Positions 18,794-29,500 of a stretch of 64,000 nucleotides of DNA are shown one piece after another; the first letter of the stretch is position 1, and each line of letters begins with the position of its first letter. The DNA comes from a virus (taxonomy: Duplodnaviria; Heunggongvirae; Uroviricota; Caudoviricetes). Made by a program: the position numbers and the translations under genes. The stretch lies in the IMG/VR virus record IMGVR_UViG_3300032053_000009, positions 82,630 to 146,629 of that record; one strand, 5' to 3'. The notes under the pieces were generated by a model. The model had not been told where the DNA came from. It did no database searches and worked only from the letters and a program-made list of their open reading frames with translations.

Positions 18794-19123
18794 CGCCCTG
18801 CCTCCTAAAATGTAATGTATTTATACAATCTTTTCAACACTGTCTGGTAGTGTTTCCTGTTATAAGCACAATCTGTAGTGTGTTCTTCCTCGGTGATCAT
18901 CTTTTCAAGCACGTCAGCAAATTCTCAAGCGATCTGTCATCCAGTCTCGATTCAAGACTGAACCCCTCCGGCGCCGCTTTTCTTATCTTTGGCTTGTACT
19001 CAGGACGCACCATCGGTTTAGGATGGCGCACCCTGGAAATGCCATTCAATAACGCCAGCGCAGCATCGAGACTTCCTCGTATTTTCATGCCTCAACTCCC
19101 ACAAAGTCATATAATTTCAGCCC

Positions 19124-19642
19124 ATGAACAAACGAGGACCGAAACCCAAACCAATCGAACAGAGATTTTGGCAACACGTTAAGAAAAATGAATCGTGTTG
19201 GGTTTGGACAGGATGCAAGGTCTCGGCTGAATCTCAATATGGCATGATACGGATGCCAAATCAAAACAGTAAACGAATCATGTTGCTTGCTCATCGCCTT
19301 TCTTGGGAACTTCACTATGGAACAATCCCACCTGGACAACAAGTTCTTCATCGTTGCGATAACCCTCCATGCGTAAACCCCAAACATCTTTTTCTTGGAA
19401 CCCCAAAAGATAACGTACATGATGCCATGAATAAGCATCGCTTTATTCAAGGCGAAACGCATGGAAGAGCCAAGCTGACTACAAACGATATTAAGAACAT
19501 ACGCAACTTGTCCGAACAAGGATGGACAGCCGATAACATTGCCCAGGCTTACCCAGTAACTAAGTATCACATTTCTCAAATTATCAGACGTAAGAGATGG
19601 ACTCATATCATGCCAGCTCCAAGTCTTTCTCAGCGACCGTAA
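19124..19642 (+). CDS. HNH homing endonuclease, 172 aa
   Basis: The motifs WHVKKNESCWVWTGC...GYGMIR...LAHRLSW...HRCDNPPCVNPKHLFLGTPKDN match HNH_3 plus a C-terminal DNA-binding region. It is the only clearly motif-supported plus-strand gene here and converges on the giant gene. Confidence 0.8.
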   Translation: MNKRGPKPKPIEQRFWQHVKKNESCWVWTGCKVSAESQYGMIRMPNQNSKRIMLLAHRLSWELHYGTIPPGQQVLHRCDNPPCVNPKHLFLGTPKDNVHDAMNKHRFIQGETHGRAKLTTNDIKNIRNLSEQGWTADNIAQAYPVTKYHISQIIRRKRWTHIMPAPSLSQRP

Positions 19643-22600
19643 AAGCCAATCCGGTCGGTTGATCGTATCCATCGAGCGTCACAGCGTCATACTCTTTGTC
19701 AGCGGAAACATCCGCTGCGTGCCGCTTCAACACCTTTGCTTTGTCTCCTGATGTAAGCCACACGAGATCGCCCTCGTTGAATTTATACCCGCCACTCTTG
19801 AAGAACTCTTCCGTTGACTGAATCTTAAGCGCCATTTTCTTGCGCTTCAACTTACGAGACTCAGCGTCAAGTTCCCAGGCGCTACCCGCCAGGTCTGAAC
19901 TCTTGAACTGCTCGAAGTATTTGGCATCCTTCTTCATCTCCATCGGCACGTGTTTGTCGCAATAATAAGTAGGCGTATTGCTGCCGCTGTAATATGCCAC
20001 GATAGGTCCAGCATGACCCGTACCAGATGTGTCAGCGCATTTCTGAGCTGCCTCTTCTTCAAACCGCTCATTGAACTCACGCTCTGGCTCAATGATATTG
20101 AAATCATAAATGGACTCCACTTGTCCACTCGGCAACATCACATCAATCACATCCAACGTGCCTTCATTGGGCGCATAATCCACCAGCGTCACTTCCGCAT
20201 CCTGTGTCAGCCACTTCGCCGCAGGATAAGATTCAACAAGACCAGGCGCCGTCGGTGTAACCTTCACTTTCGTGCCAGGTTCAAGACCAGCTCGCTTCTT
20301 CAGCCCAGCCGTGATCCATCCTTGCGGAGTGAGAACTTCAAAGCTCACTTCATTATCTTCAGCAGCGCCGTCAGCCACGGTCATTCTGGAAACAGACACA
20401 CGATGCTTGCCATCATCGAACTTCACGTTGTCGAAGTGACCCGAATGAATGGTTGGCAACGCCATCAACTGTTCCTTGTTCATGTTCATGACCGTCTCAT
20501 AGTCCAGCTCGTCAGCCTTCTTGCTCATCGAGCCAACGATGTCCTGCGGCTTGTGCGTCACTTCCTCGCCGCCCTTCTCAGCCAGCACGACCGTGATCTC
20601 ATAAGCCTTTTTGATCCCGTGCTCCTTGGCTATTTTCTGCTGAGCCTCATAAGAAGTCTTGGCGTGCGTCTCATACTGCTTGCCCCTGTAGTAACCGATG
20701 TACCCGTTCTCGCCGTCAGCTTGTTTGTCCAGTGACGACTCGCCGTGCAGACCCTTGTCGCCATCATCAACAGATTCAACGGCGGCAGTTTGCTGCATCG
20801 CTGCCTTCATTCCCGCTTCATCCACTTCAGCAGCGGCGCCCATATATCTCTTGAGCACACTCTGGATCTTGGAAGTTGTCTGCGAATACTTCTGCGTGTT
20901 GATGAACGTCTGACCTTCGTTGGATCGGTAAGCGATTGGCGTGGCGTAATTGATAAGCGACCAGCCGTTCGGCTCCTTGTTGATTTTCAAGTTCTGCGTG
21001 CCCCAAGTCGGCATCTTGTCTTTCGGGAATGAGTCAGCAGCGAACATTGAAATGACCTGCTCATTCGTGGCAGCCTGTATTTCAAGCGACGCCTTCACTT
21101 CCCCACCAGACAACAGCGCTTCAATCTCTCCCTTGTAAGCATCACCAAACGGGATCTCAATAAACCGCTTGCCATACCATTCATGACCCTCCACGTCAGC
21201 GTTGGACCATTGGAAACCCATGCCTTCATTTTCAAGGAAGGCTATGATCTTGTCCGCTTCTTCAGGAGAAGATGGGAGGACGTACAGATCATCAAGTCCA
21301 TGACCCAACCCATGCGAACCAAACTCAGCCGCTGTCACTTCTGTCTTGGCCGCTTCTTCAGCAGCTTGCGCCTTCTCTTCTTTGTTTTGTTTGCGGGTCT
21401 CCTGTTGCTCCTTGAGACGCTTCTCCAACTTTTCCAAAGCATCGACGGTAGAGGCTATTTCGGACGGTTCCGCTTTCTCCACGTCAAGTTCTTTCAGTTT
21501 CTTACGGAGCGACTTCACTTGATCTGATAGTCCGGCTTCGATAACAGAGCCGAACGCACTCCCGCTCATAATACCAAGCGCCGCCTGCACTCCTTCGGGG
21601 TTAGCTCCGGCGCCGATAAGGGCTTGAGCCATGACGTTCAGCATAGTTCTATTCTTTTTGTAATCGTCCAAGACTCTCATGTAATCACCATAATGTCCTT
21701 TGGTGGTGGCCATCTTACTTTCTATGGTCTTGACCATTTCAAGAATATCTGGATCTTTCGACAGATCAGAAATAACCTTCTGAATTTTCTGCTCCCTCGT
21801 CTCTCCCCCTGGCTTCACCTGCTCGGTCGCTCCTGCCGTTACTGTAGCCGCTTCCTCGACAGCCTTGGCTCGTTCGTCTTTCTTGGTCTGACGAGTCTCC
21901 TGCTGATCCTTCAGCCTCTTCTCCATCTTCTCAAGCGCATCTACAGTGGACGCAATCTCAGACGGATCTGCTTTTTCCACATCAAGATCCTTCAGCTTCC
22001 GACGCAGGGACTTCACTTGGTCGGAGAGTCCGGCGTCAACTTCAAATTGCGGATCTCGCACACGCTCTGTGTACGACCGCTCCTGACGTTTCACCACGTC
22101 AGCACATTCAGGACAGTACACGAACCCCGTGGAGTCAAACTCTTTACCACAGGATTTGCATTTGGTCTTGTCACCCATCGCACCTTCAGCGCCAAGATCT
22201 TCTTCTGCCGGAGTCATATCGAACACGATCTCATCCCACAGCTTGCTCGCCGTGACCTCATTCGTAAATCCATTGACGGCAACGAAACCCTGTTCGCCCG
22301 TGCCGATGATGATGAACGGATGAACTCTGAACCATTCCTTCTCGGCGTCGGTGAGAGGCGCAACCTTTAATTCTTCTGCCGCCTTCTCCGCCTCTTCAAC
22401 AGTAACGTCTCGAAGTAAGCCATACCACTCCGACGTGCCTTCATTGCTTACTTCTTCGTCGGCGCCCGCCATCGTCAACTCCCAGGCAATCTGATCCACG
22501 ATGGTGCCGAATTTGCCAGGTCCATAAGGTCGAATCCCCTCCGCCGCTGTCTTTTTCATACCGCCCTCCTGAAGTCCGGCAAAATGAAGCGTGCCTTCAT

Positions 22601-25600
22601 CGCCAACATAAATGTTTATCTCACCAAACGAGTGAGCGATCTCGGTCAACTTGTCGCCAATCTCGCCCAACCCACGATCCCAGAATCCAGCGCCATGCCC
22701 ATTGCGAGTCAGCCAGAAGTCATGTCCGGCTTGTTCTTCGCTCATGTCTTTCAATAAATCTCCGGCCTGCTTCTGAAACTCCGCACAGTCAGCCTTGGCC
22801 AATTCAATATCGTCAGGAGCGATGTCAGAGAAGTCATAATTCTGATCCAGCGGATCGCCGCCCGATTCATCTGACTCATCGTTGGACGACCATAGCGCCG
22901 CCTCAAGATACGAGCCAACGAACGCACCCAAGCCTTGATAGGATACGTCAGCGCCCATAACCTTCTTCTGTTCAAACTCGTTACGGTGCTCTCGCTCCTG
23001 TTCTATCGTATGGTCAAGCACCTTCTTGAGCTTCGGGCTGGCGTCTTCCTTCTGCCCACGATATTCGTCAATGGCAGCCTGCTCAAGCTCCACATCCCGC
23101 TTCACAATCTCTTCGTCTCGACCAGCGGTCTTCGTCATATCCACGGGACTGATACCGCCGTGGTCATCTTGCAACCAAACGCCTGGATAGAACTTCTCTT
23201 TGTCCATGTGGCTTTTGATAGCAGCCATGATCTCATCCCACTCCACGGACTTGGCAATCTGTTTCCCACTTTGATAAGCGGCGTACATCCCACCAAGGCG
23301 TCCTTCGGTCGTGATCACGATGTCGTCATCGGCAGGCTCAGTCGGCTCATCGGTTTGAAGCAGATCTTCAACGGGGAGAATTTCATCTGGATTGCCATCA
23401 GCAACGCCATGATCAAAGAAGTCAGCTTTGCGCTTCGCCGCCGTGACATCCTGCGCATACGTCTTTCCGCAGCCAGGACATTCATAATGGTACTGCAAGG
23501 CGCCCGCCGGACTCTTGATGTCCAGCTCTTCGCCACAATCATCGCACCGCTTCATATCTTCCGGCTCGGCTTCGGCTGTGAATGCGTATTTGCATTCAGG
23601 GCAGGTATGAGTCTCTGTGTGAACGGGCGCACCTGGCACTTCAACAAAATCAGTTCGTGCGCCGCACTTCGGACACATCATGGGTTGGTCATGAAGATAA
23701 TAAATGTCTTCAGCGGCTTCGATCAACATCCGCTTCACCATGCCAGCTTTCTTTGTGCGCACGGGCGACATTGACCAGTCTTCGCAATTCTGCGGCATAT
23801 CAGCAATGGCTTCATGCTCAGCTTGATGTTGATCACGATTCTCGATATTGTGTTCAGAAATCAAATCACCTTCAATGCTGTAATAACGCACGTGCCAATT
23901 CCGTGCGCCACGCTCATCAGCCACGCCTTCATCTCTGCCGGAAGTCTTTGTCCAACGACTTCGCTTGGATGACTCGGCGCCAATATCTTCTTCTTCCTTC
24001 GGCGCTTCCGGTCGGGCGTAATAATGCTCGCCTGTCGGTGCGTCGTGGTGATAGACCTTGAAGTGCAGGGCGTCACCCTCGTCATAGACTTCGACAGTCA
24101 CGTCTGTCTTCGGCAACACTTTGTCAAGGAACTCAGCGCCGTTATTGGTCTCAACGTACATATAACCAGACCGAGCCTGCCAGCCCAGGTTTGATCCATC
24201 GAGACGCCACGGCAGATTGTTTGGATTCTTGGCCGCCAGAGCTTCACTAAGACCGTCCTTCAAATCATCCCAAGCGAACTGATAAATGTCCGAGTCTTCG
24301 TATGCAGAGTTACGAGCCTGTTCTTCGGCTTCGCCTTCGAGTCCTTCTTGCTTCAGCAACGCCTTGAACTTGTCCGCATCATGACCGGACTTCTCCCACG
24401 CCTCTTCAACCTCATCCTTCATCCAATAGTCATTGCCTTCGTCCGGCTCTTCCATAAGCCACTTCACTTGATTGTCGGCAACATCAGACTGGTCATAGGA
24501 CAGGATCAACTGCCCTTTCTCTTCGCCCCGTGCTGTACGTTTTGAAGCCTCAGTCTTCGGCAACCGCCCCGTGCCTTCGCACGCCGGACACTCTTTGCCT
24601 TCCACATGACCGTCGCCGCCACAGTTCGTGCAGGTCTCCCAGTCTTTGGATGTCTTGGTCCAGCCAGGCTTCTTTCTGGATAGCCCTTCCAGTGGCAGCT
24701 CAGGTTGTTCCGGCGCCACTCCTCCGGTTTCCTGTTTGATGGTCTCAATCACTTCCTCGGCATTGTTCAACAACTCTTTCTCGTCAAGGTAGGCTTCGCC
24801 ATGATTGGCAAACGTATCTTCCACCGCCCGCCACAACATCTCGTCAGCCTTCTCAGATAACTCATAATCAGGCAGGTTGAGATGCTTCTTTATCATAGCC
24901 AGCGCATCCTGTCGTGCCCAGCTATCGTAGTCCTCACGATATTCTTCAGTCTCAGTTTCGGAATAATCATCCTCATCAAGCACAGGATAGTCCGCCATCT
25001 TGTTCTCGATGTCCTGAAGGATCGCCACCTTTTCCTTGGCGTCCTTGTGAACCAGAATACTCTCCACCCAACCCACAGCCCAATGATTAAAGCGAGCCAC
25101 GATAACGCCATCCTTCTCGCCGCCAAGCATCTCAAGGGCTGACTTGAAGTTGGATCGCTCAAGCGCATCAGAGTCACGGCTCTGGCCAGGTCCAACATAA
25201 TAATCGGGATAGTCCTCACCCATGTAATCAGCCGGATGCTCCCACAACTTCAGCGCCACACGAGACAGCGCTGCCCCTTTCTTCTGCGGGCGCTTCGATT
25301 CAAGATAAGCCAAGATGTCACCCACGTCACCGCTACCCGCATCGTATTGGATCTTAACGTCCGGCTGGCTCTCAGGAATCAAAATCAAATGCTGAGCTTC
25401 GGTGCCAGGCTTGTACGTAAAAGTTGTCGCCGCCGGATCGCCTTCACGTTCACCTGTGAAGAACACATCCTCAGTCCAAAACTTCTCATGCACGTTGTCG
25501 CCATCAACCTTGATGTAGACGCCCTGGTACTTGTCAAACTCTTTATGGGACGCACGGAACCCTTCGGCGCTGAGCGCATTCGTGATCTCATCGTACAGCT

Positions 25601-26570
25601 CATGATCATAATCCTGGTCAGGCTCGCCCGTCGCCACTTTCTTAAACTCGCCAGCGATCTTACGAGACGTGACAGGCTGCTTCTGCTTCTTCATCTTGTA
25701 CGCCATGTGATCGTGGGTCAGCGCTTCAATGATCTGCGCCGCTTGCTCTTCATTGATTCCGTACACGCTCACCATTTCATTGATCGTGTCCGACATCAAA
25801 CCATAGTCAGCCATGTTGGATGTGTCAAAATGACCATACCCGTAATAAGGATCAGTCCCGTCCATGATGGCTTTGATGAGTCCGGCAACCTTGTCATCGC
25901 CCGCCGCTTCACGCTCGCCATAAGTCTGCCGCAGCAAATCGTCTTCGCACACATCACAAAGCCCTGCCGCCGCTCCTGAACTGTTGATGATGCCTTCTTT
26001 CTTACAACGCTTGCACGTGCCTTGAGCTGCTTTGCGCTGGCTGACTTCTACTTCCGGCTCATCATCTGGATCATTCATCCATCGAGCGCCGCAATTCCAG
26101 CACTTGTTCAAAGCCTGATCCACGGTCGCCACATCCCACACGGGCTTGCCACACTCAGGGCATTTCACTGAGGCGGAACGCTCAGCCCCAATTGGGTCAA
26201 GATAGTCAGACTCAACACCAATCAAAGTCCCGTTAAAATCCACATTAACATGAGAGCTGTTCTCGAACACCCGCTCAATCGTTCCCGTTGAATCGCCCAA
26301 CTTATTCAGCGTGTCACGCCATTCAAACTGCTCATGCGTATAACCAGCGTGCGCCGGAACGCTCCGGCTGTGCATCGCCAATGCGTTTGGCTTGAGTTTC
26401 ACTTGGTCGCCGACTTTGAAAGTTTGCTTGGCTGCCTTTTTACTGGCTGAACAACTACACGTGCCCATGCAGCTACAAGTCTCTGACTCTTGCTTGATCT
26501 TAGGCGGCGCTTTCCTGTCCTTGGGTTCCACGACATCAATCCATTTCTTCTTAGGTAGTACGTTGTCCAT
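19608..26570 (-). CDS. giant multi-zinc-ribbon protein, 2320 aa
   Basis: Uninterrupted 6.96 kb ORF with an AAGGAGAG RBS. It has at least six CxxC...CxxC modules and an internal duplicated coiled-coil segment of about 64 aa. Composition is acidic. Confidence 0.8.
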   Translation of the reverse strand: MDNVLPKKKWIDVVEPKDRKAPPKIKQESETCSCMGTCSCSASKKAAKQTFKVGDQVKLKPNALAMHSRSVPAHAGYTHEQFEWRDTLNKLGDSTGTIERVFENSSHVNVDFNGTLIGVESDYLDPIGAERSASVKCPECGKPVWDVATVDQALNKCWNCGARWMNDPDDEPEVEVSQRKAAQGTCKRCKKEGIINSSGAAAGLCDVCEDDLLRQTYGEREAAGDDKVAGLIKAIMDGTDPYYGYGHFDTSNMADYGLMSDTINEMVSVYGINEEQAAQIIEALTHDHMAYKMKKQKQPVTSRKIAGEFKKVATGEPDQDYDHELYDEITNALSAEGFRASHKEFDKYQGVYIKVDGDNVHEKFWTEDVFFTGEREGDPAATTFTYKPGTEAQHLILIPESQPDVKIQYDAGSGDVGDILAYLESKRPQKKGAALSRVALKLWEHPADYMGEDYPDYYVGPGQSRDSDALERSNFKSALEMLGGEKDGVIVARFNHWAVGWVESILVHKDAKEKVAILQDIENKMADYPVLDEDDYSETETEEYREDYDSWARQDALAMIKKHLNLPDYELSEKADEMLWRAVEDTFANHGEAYLDEKELLNNAEEVIETIKQETGGVAPEQPELPLEGLSRKKPGWTKTSKDWETCTNCGGDGHVEGKECPACEGTGRLPKTEASKRTARGEEKGQLILSYDQSDVADNQVKWLMEEPDEGNDYWMKDEVEEAWEKSGHDADKFKALLKQEGLEGEAEEQARNSAYEDSDIYQFAWDDLKDGLSEALAAKNPNNLPWRLDGSNLGWQARSGYMYVETNNGAEFLDKVLPKTDVTVEVYDEGDALHFKVYHHDAPTGEHYYARPEAPKEEEDIGAESSKRSRWTKTSGRDEGVADERGARNWHVRYYSIEGDLISEHNIENRDQHQAEHEAIADMPQNCEDWSMSPVRTKKAGMVKRMLIEAAEDIYYLHDQPMMCPKCGARTDFVEVPGAPVHTETHTCPECKYAFTAEAEPEDMKRCDDCGEELDIKSPAGALQYHYECPGCGKTYAQDVTAAKRKADFFDHGVADGNPDEILPVEDLLQTDEPTEPADDDIVITTEGRLGGMYAAYQSGKQIAKSVEWDEIMAAIKSHMDKEKFYPGVWLQDDHGGISPVDMTKTAGRDEEIVKRDVELEQAAIDEYRGQKEDASPKLKKVLDHTIEQEREHRNEFEQKKVMGADVSYQGLGAFVGSYLEAALWSSNDESDESGGDPLDQNYDFSDIAPDDIELAKADCAEFQKQAGDLLKDMSEEQAGHDFWLTRNGHGAGFWDRGLGEIGDKLTEIAHSFGEINIYVGDEGTLHFAGLQEGGMKKTAAEGIRPYGPGKFGTIVDQIAWELTMAGADEEVSNEGTSEWYGLLRDVTVEEAEKAAEELKVAPLTDAEKEWFRVHPFIIIGTGEQGFVAVNGFTNEVTASKLWDEIVFDMTPAEEDLGAEGAMGDKTKCKSCGKEFDSTGFVYCPECADVVKRQERSYTERVRDPQFEVDAGLSDQVKSLRRKLKDLDVEKADPSEIASTVDALEKMEKRLKDQQETRQTKKDERAKAVEEAATVTAGATEQVKPGGETREQKIQKVISDLSKDPDILEMVKTIESKMATTKGHYGDYMRVLDDYKKNRTMLNVMAQALIGAGANPEGVQAALGIMSGSAFGSVIEAGLSDQVKSLRKKLKELDVEKAEPSEIASTVDALEKLEKRLKEQQETRKQNKEEKAQAAEEAAKTEVTAAEFGSHGLGHGLDDLYVLPSSPEEADKIIAFLENEGMGFQWSNADVEGHEWYGKRFIEIPFGDAYKGEIEALLSGGEVKASLEIQAATNEQVISMFAADSFPKDKMPTWGTQNLKINKEPNGWSLINYATPIAYRSNEGQTFINTQKYSQTTSKIQSVLKRYMGAAAEVDEAGMKAAMQQTAAVESVDDGDKGLHGESSLDKQADGENGYIGYYRGKQYETHAKTSYEAQQKIAKEHGIKKAYEITVVLAEKGGEEVTHKPQDIVGSMSKKADELDYETVMNMNKEQLMALPTIHSGHFDNVKFDDGKHRVSVSRMTVADGAAEDNEVSFEVLTPQGWITAGLKKRAGLEPGTKVKVTPTAPGLVESYPAAKWLTQDAEVTLVDYAPNEGTLDVIDVMLPSGQVESIYDFNIIEPEREFNERFEEEAAQKCADTSGTGHAGPIVAYYSGSNTPTYYCDKHVPMEMKKDAKYFEQFKSSDLAGSAWELDAESRKLKRKKMALKIQSTEEFFKSGGYKFNEGDLVWLTSGDKAKVLKRHAADVSADKEYDAVTLDGYDQPTGLAFTVAEKDLELA
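21348..22028 (-). repeat. diverged internal duplication (two 192-nt copies, about 75% nt identity, 300 nt apart) inside the giant gene
   Basis: Copy 1 begins AGLSDQVKSLRRKLKDLDVEKADPSEIASTVDALEKMEKRLKDQQETR. Copy 2 begins AGLSDQVKSLRKKLKELDVEKAEPSEIASTVDALEKLEKRLKEQQETR. Confidence 0.7.
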
Positions 26571-26582
26571 TGAAATCTCTCC

Positions 26583-29500
26583 TTATTTTGAAGTCATGGC
26601 GTCGTCAATGATGTCGAACGCTTGCACTTCAGACAGTTTGAATTGGCTCATTAGATCTTCGGCGATCTCGTCTTCATTAAGATTGCCGAGCTTCAACAAA
26701 TCTTTCACAAGCTGGGCAGCATTGGTGGCGATGTCCGGCTCCGGCGCCCCTGCTTTCGGGAACACGTCTTGCGTCCCGTACTCAACCGGATCTTCCAACT
26801 TGTCCCGATCACGGGCAGCGGGCTGCACATCCTTATCGAGTCCGCTCTTCTCCGGCTCCGTGTCGGTATGAGCGTGCATAGCAGCGGGCTTCACCCACAA
26901 CCACGACACCATCAGCCCGTAGATGTCCGGCACGTCGCCGCCATTGGTCGATGCAAACTGGCTGGCCACGCTCATGGCCTGCTTCTCGTTCAGGAACGGA
27001 GTCTGGCCTGCGTCCACGTGGCAACCAAGCACCTTGCAGGCAATGTCAAGCAGCGCTTCTTGTGGATCGGTGGCGAGCCGTTTGATCTGAACCACCCTGG
27101 GATCATTGGGAAAGCTCGACTCAAGCTCAAGTAACCTATTAAAATCACTGTGTCCATTTGCTTTTGCGATAATCCAGTCATGACCATTTGTCTTCCAGTC
27201 AGGATGAGTGGTGACAATGCGAGCGTACTCCCCCCACAACTTGTCCGTGTCAATCTTCATCGTCGCCACAAATCTGTTTCCGACCTTCTGCATCATCATC
27301 CGGCCATAGGTCTTGGGCGGCGTTGGCGGCGGCACTTGCTTGGGCACACTGACGATCTTGGCGTCCTTGAATCCAGCTACGAAGTCAATCGCCTCCGCAA
27401 TGTCAGCAAACACTTCATGTCCCGATGGCTGACCATCTTCAGCAAAGTACGTCAGCCGCCATCCATCAGCTCTTGTGTCTTTGGACAGCACGGCAGGCTG
27501 CGGGTACAACCCCGCAATGACAGCGCCTTGCTCAGGATCAATGGTTTCCACCAAACGCTGGCGGCGCTCATCCTTGGCTTTCTTCAAATTGATTGGATCA
27601 TTCGGATCAAGCGGCACGAGCTGGTACGCTTCAATCTCATCTTTCGTGAGTGGGCGTGGAAAGTCCACGGTTCCAAATTTGTAATCAGCGTGCGGCTTCG
27701 TTGATTTAGGAATCCAACCTTTGGGCAGCGTGGCGAATCCCGCCGGACGATATGAAAGCGCATACGTGTAAACCTTTTGCGGCTGAGCTGGCTCCGCTGC
27801 GTTGCGTACCCGCATCATCTTGCCAATGATCTTCGGCACGGGGCGGGCGGTCGGCTCCTCCACAGGCGTCTTCAACACAGGCTCCTGGCCAGGAACAATC
27901 TCTGGCGGAACCTCCGGCTCCGGCGGCGCCGTGGGTTCCGGTGGCCGCTGCTGCGTTATCTCTTCCACTGGCGTTGGCGGAAGGATCGGTTTCTCCTGTG
28001 GTCCCACTCCGGCCACATCCTCCGGCTTCGGTTCCTTGGGCGGTGGCGGTTCAATGCCTGTCTGCTTGGCAAGTTGGTCATGGATCTTCCGCACATCCTC
28101 TTTGGTGTACTTCAATTGGTTGCGGCTGAGCCAGGTGTAAATCTCATGCTGAATCGCCTCCATATCCATGCCCTTCAGCTTTTCCAGCGTCACCATTTCC
28201 AGCACTCGGTTCGCTACGTAGACTGGTTGAAGGCTGATCGCCGCTTGACTATCTATTGAGGTGTTAAGCGACTCTCGGCGCACGCTCTCAGATTGCACAG
28301 ATGACACATCCAAATCACTGCCAATGGGTTGCTGTAATCCGTGTGGTGCATTTCTGAGTTGAGGCTCCCGCACTTGCAACACGGTTCTTTCTTTATTTTC
28401 CCCACTGAAACGAGATGTCTTGCCTGCTTTCGTGTTTTGACTTTCATTATCTGTTCTGGTGTTGGAGGTTTTCGCACTCGCACCTTGCGTGGCTTCACTT
28501 CCAAATTGTGGAGAGCGAGATGACACTTGCGGCACATCCACACTATCTCTAAAGGCTTGCCGTGATCGGGATGGTGCATTTGTGAGATCGGATTCCCGCA
28601 ATGAGCGCACGGTTCCATCTTCTTTTCTTGTCCACGTCGAAGATGATTCCAAGCCATCTGACGTGCTCTCTTGCGTGCCAACTGTGCCTCGTTGAGAGGA
28701 TGAGTCTTGCTCCACGTCCTCATGTATTCCCTCATATATGCCCGATGACAATCGAGGCATCGCCCGTTCCCCTTCATTCTCTGCTGGCCGCATTGGCATA
28801 GTTCCGAGTTCATGATCACTGATTTTAGACCATTTTTTAAGACCACTCCATACCTTCATATCCTCAATGGCGACATCCACATCCCCCAATCCTGACCAGG
28901 CTTCAGGTCCTTCCGGTTCGTAGTTGACGCCGGACTCCACGTTGGCGGACACGCTCAGCCGCATCTCGCCGTCCTTCTGTCCCGTCTCTTTATTGATCAG
29001 CTCCACAAACACGTCACCGAACACCACGCCCTCATCCTCGTCAAGGTGTGTGATGGTGATCTGCGGGCGGTACAAAGTAAAATCGAGTTCAAGGTAATCC
29101 GGCACCAGATCCGGCAGCACTTGAATGACTTGATTCTCAACCTCTTCATCGTATTGCCATGCGTGGCCACGGCGCTGCGGCTCGGCAGGCGAGTCCGTTC
29201 GTGGTTCATCAGCCTTCATCACCGTTAAGGGTGGGAGATTAGGCGATCTCGAAGGCGGCTTAACCGCCTCCGGTTTTTGGGGCGGCGGCGCTGGTTTCAC
29301 TGGCTCCACAGGTTTATCACCACGTTCAATGTGATGTGGTTCATTATCAACCTTTCTCGGCTCACCTGGCTCTTGCGCCTGCTTGGTGAGCGCCCAGCTC
29401 GCTTTCTTCGCTACTTTGCGGGCTGTACGAGGTGCTTTAACCTTCTTTTGAACTTTTTTTGTTGATTTTGACGTTCCATGTGGAACTTTTTGACCTGTTT

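Noticed and set aside
19085-19672. 195-aa minus-strand ORF covering the HNH locus
   Set aside because: It overlaps the plus-strand HNH endonuclease almost completely. The HNH frame carries canonical catalytic motifs and the minus-frame product has none.
19950-25979. Multiple plus-strand ORFs of 100 to 280 aa inside the giant gene
   Set aside because: All lie antisense within one uninterrupted 6.96 kb minus ORF that has an RBS. Their translations are low in complexity.
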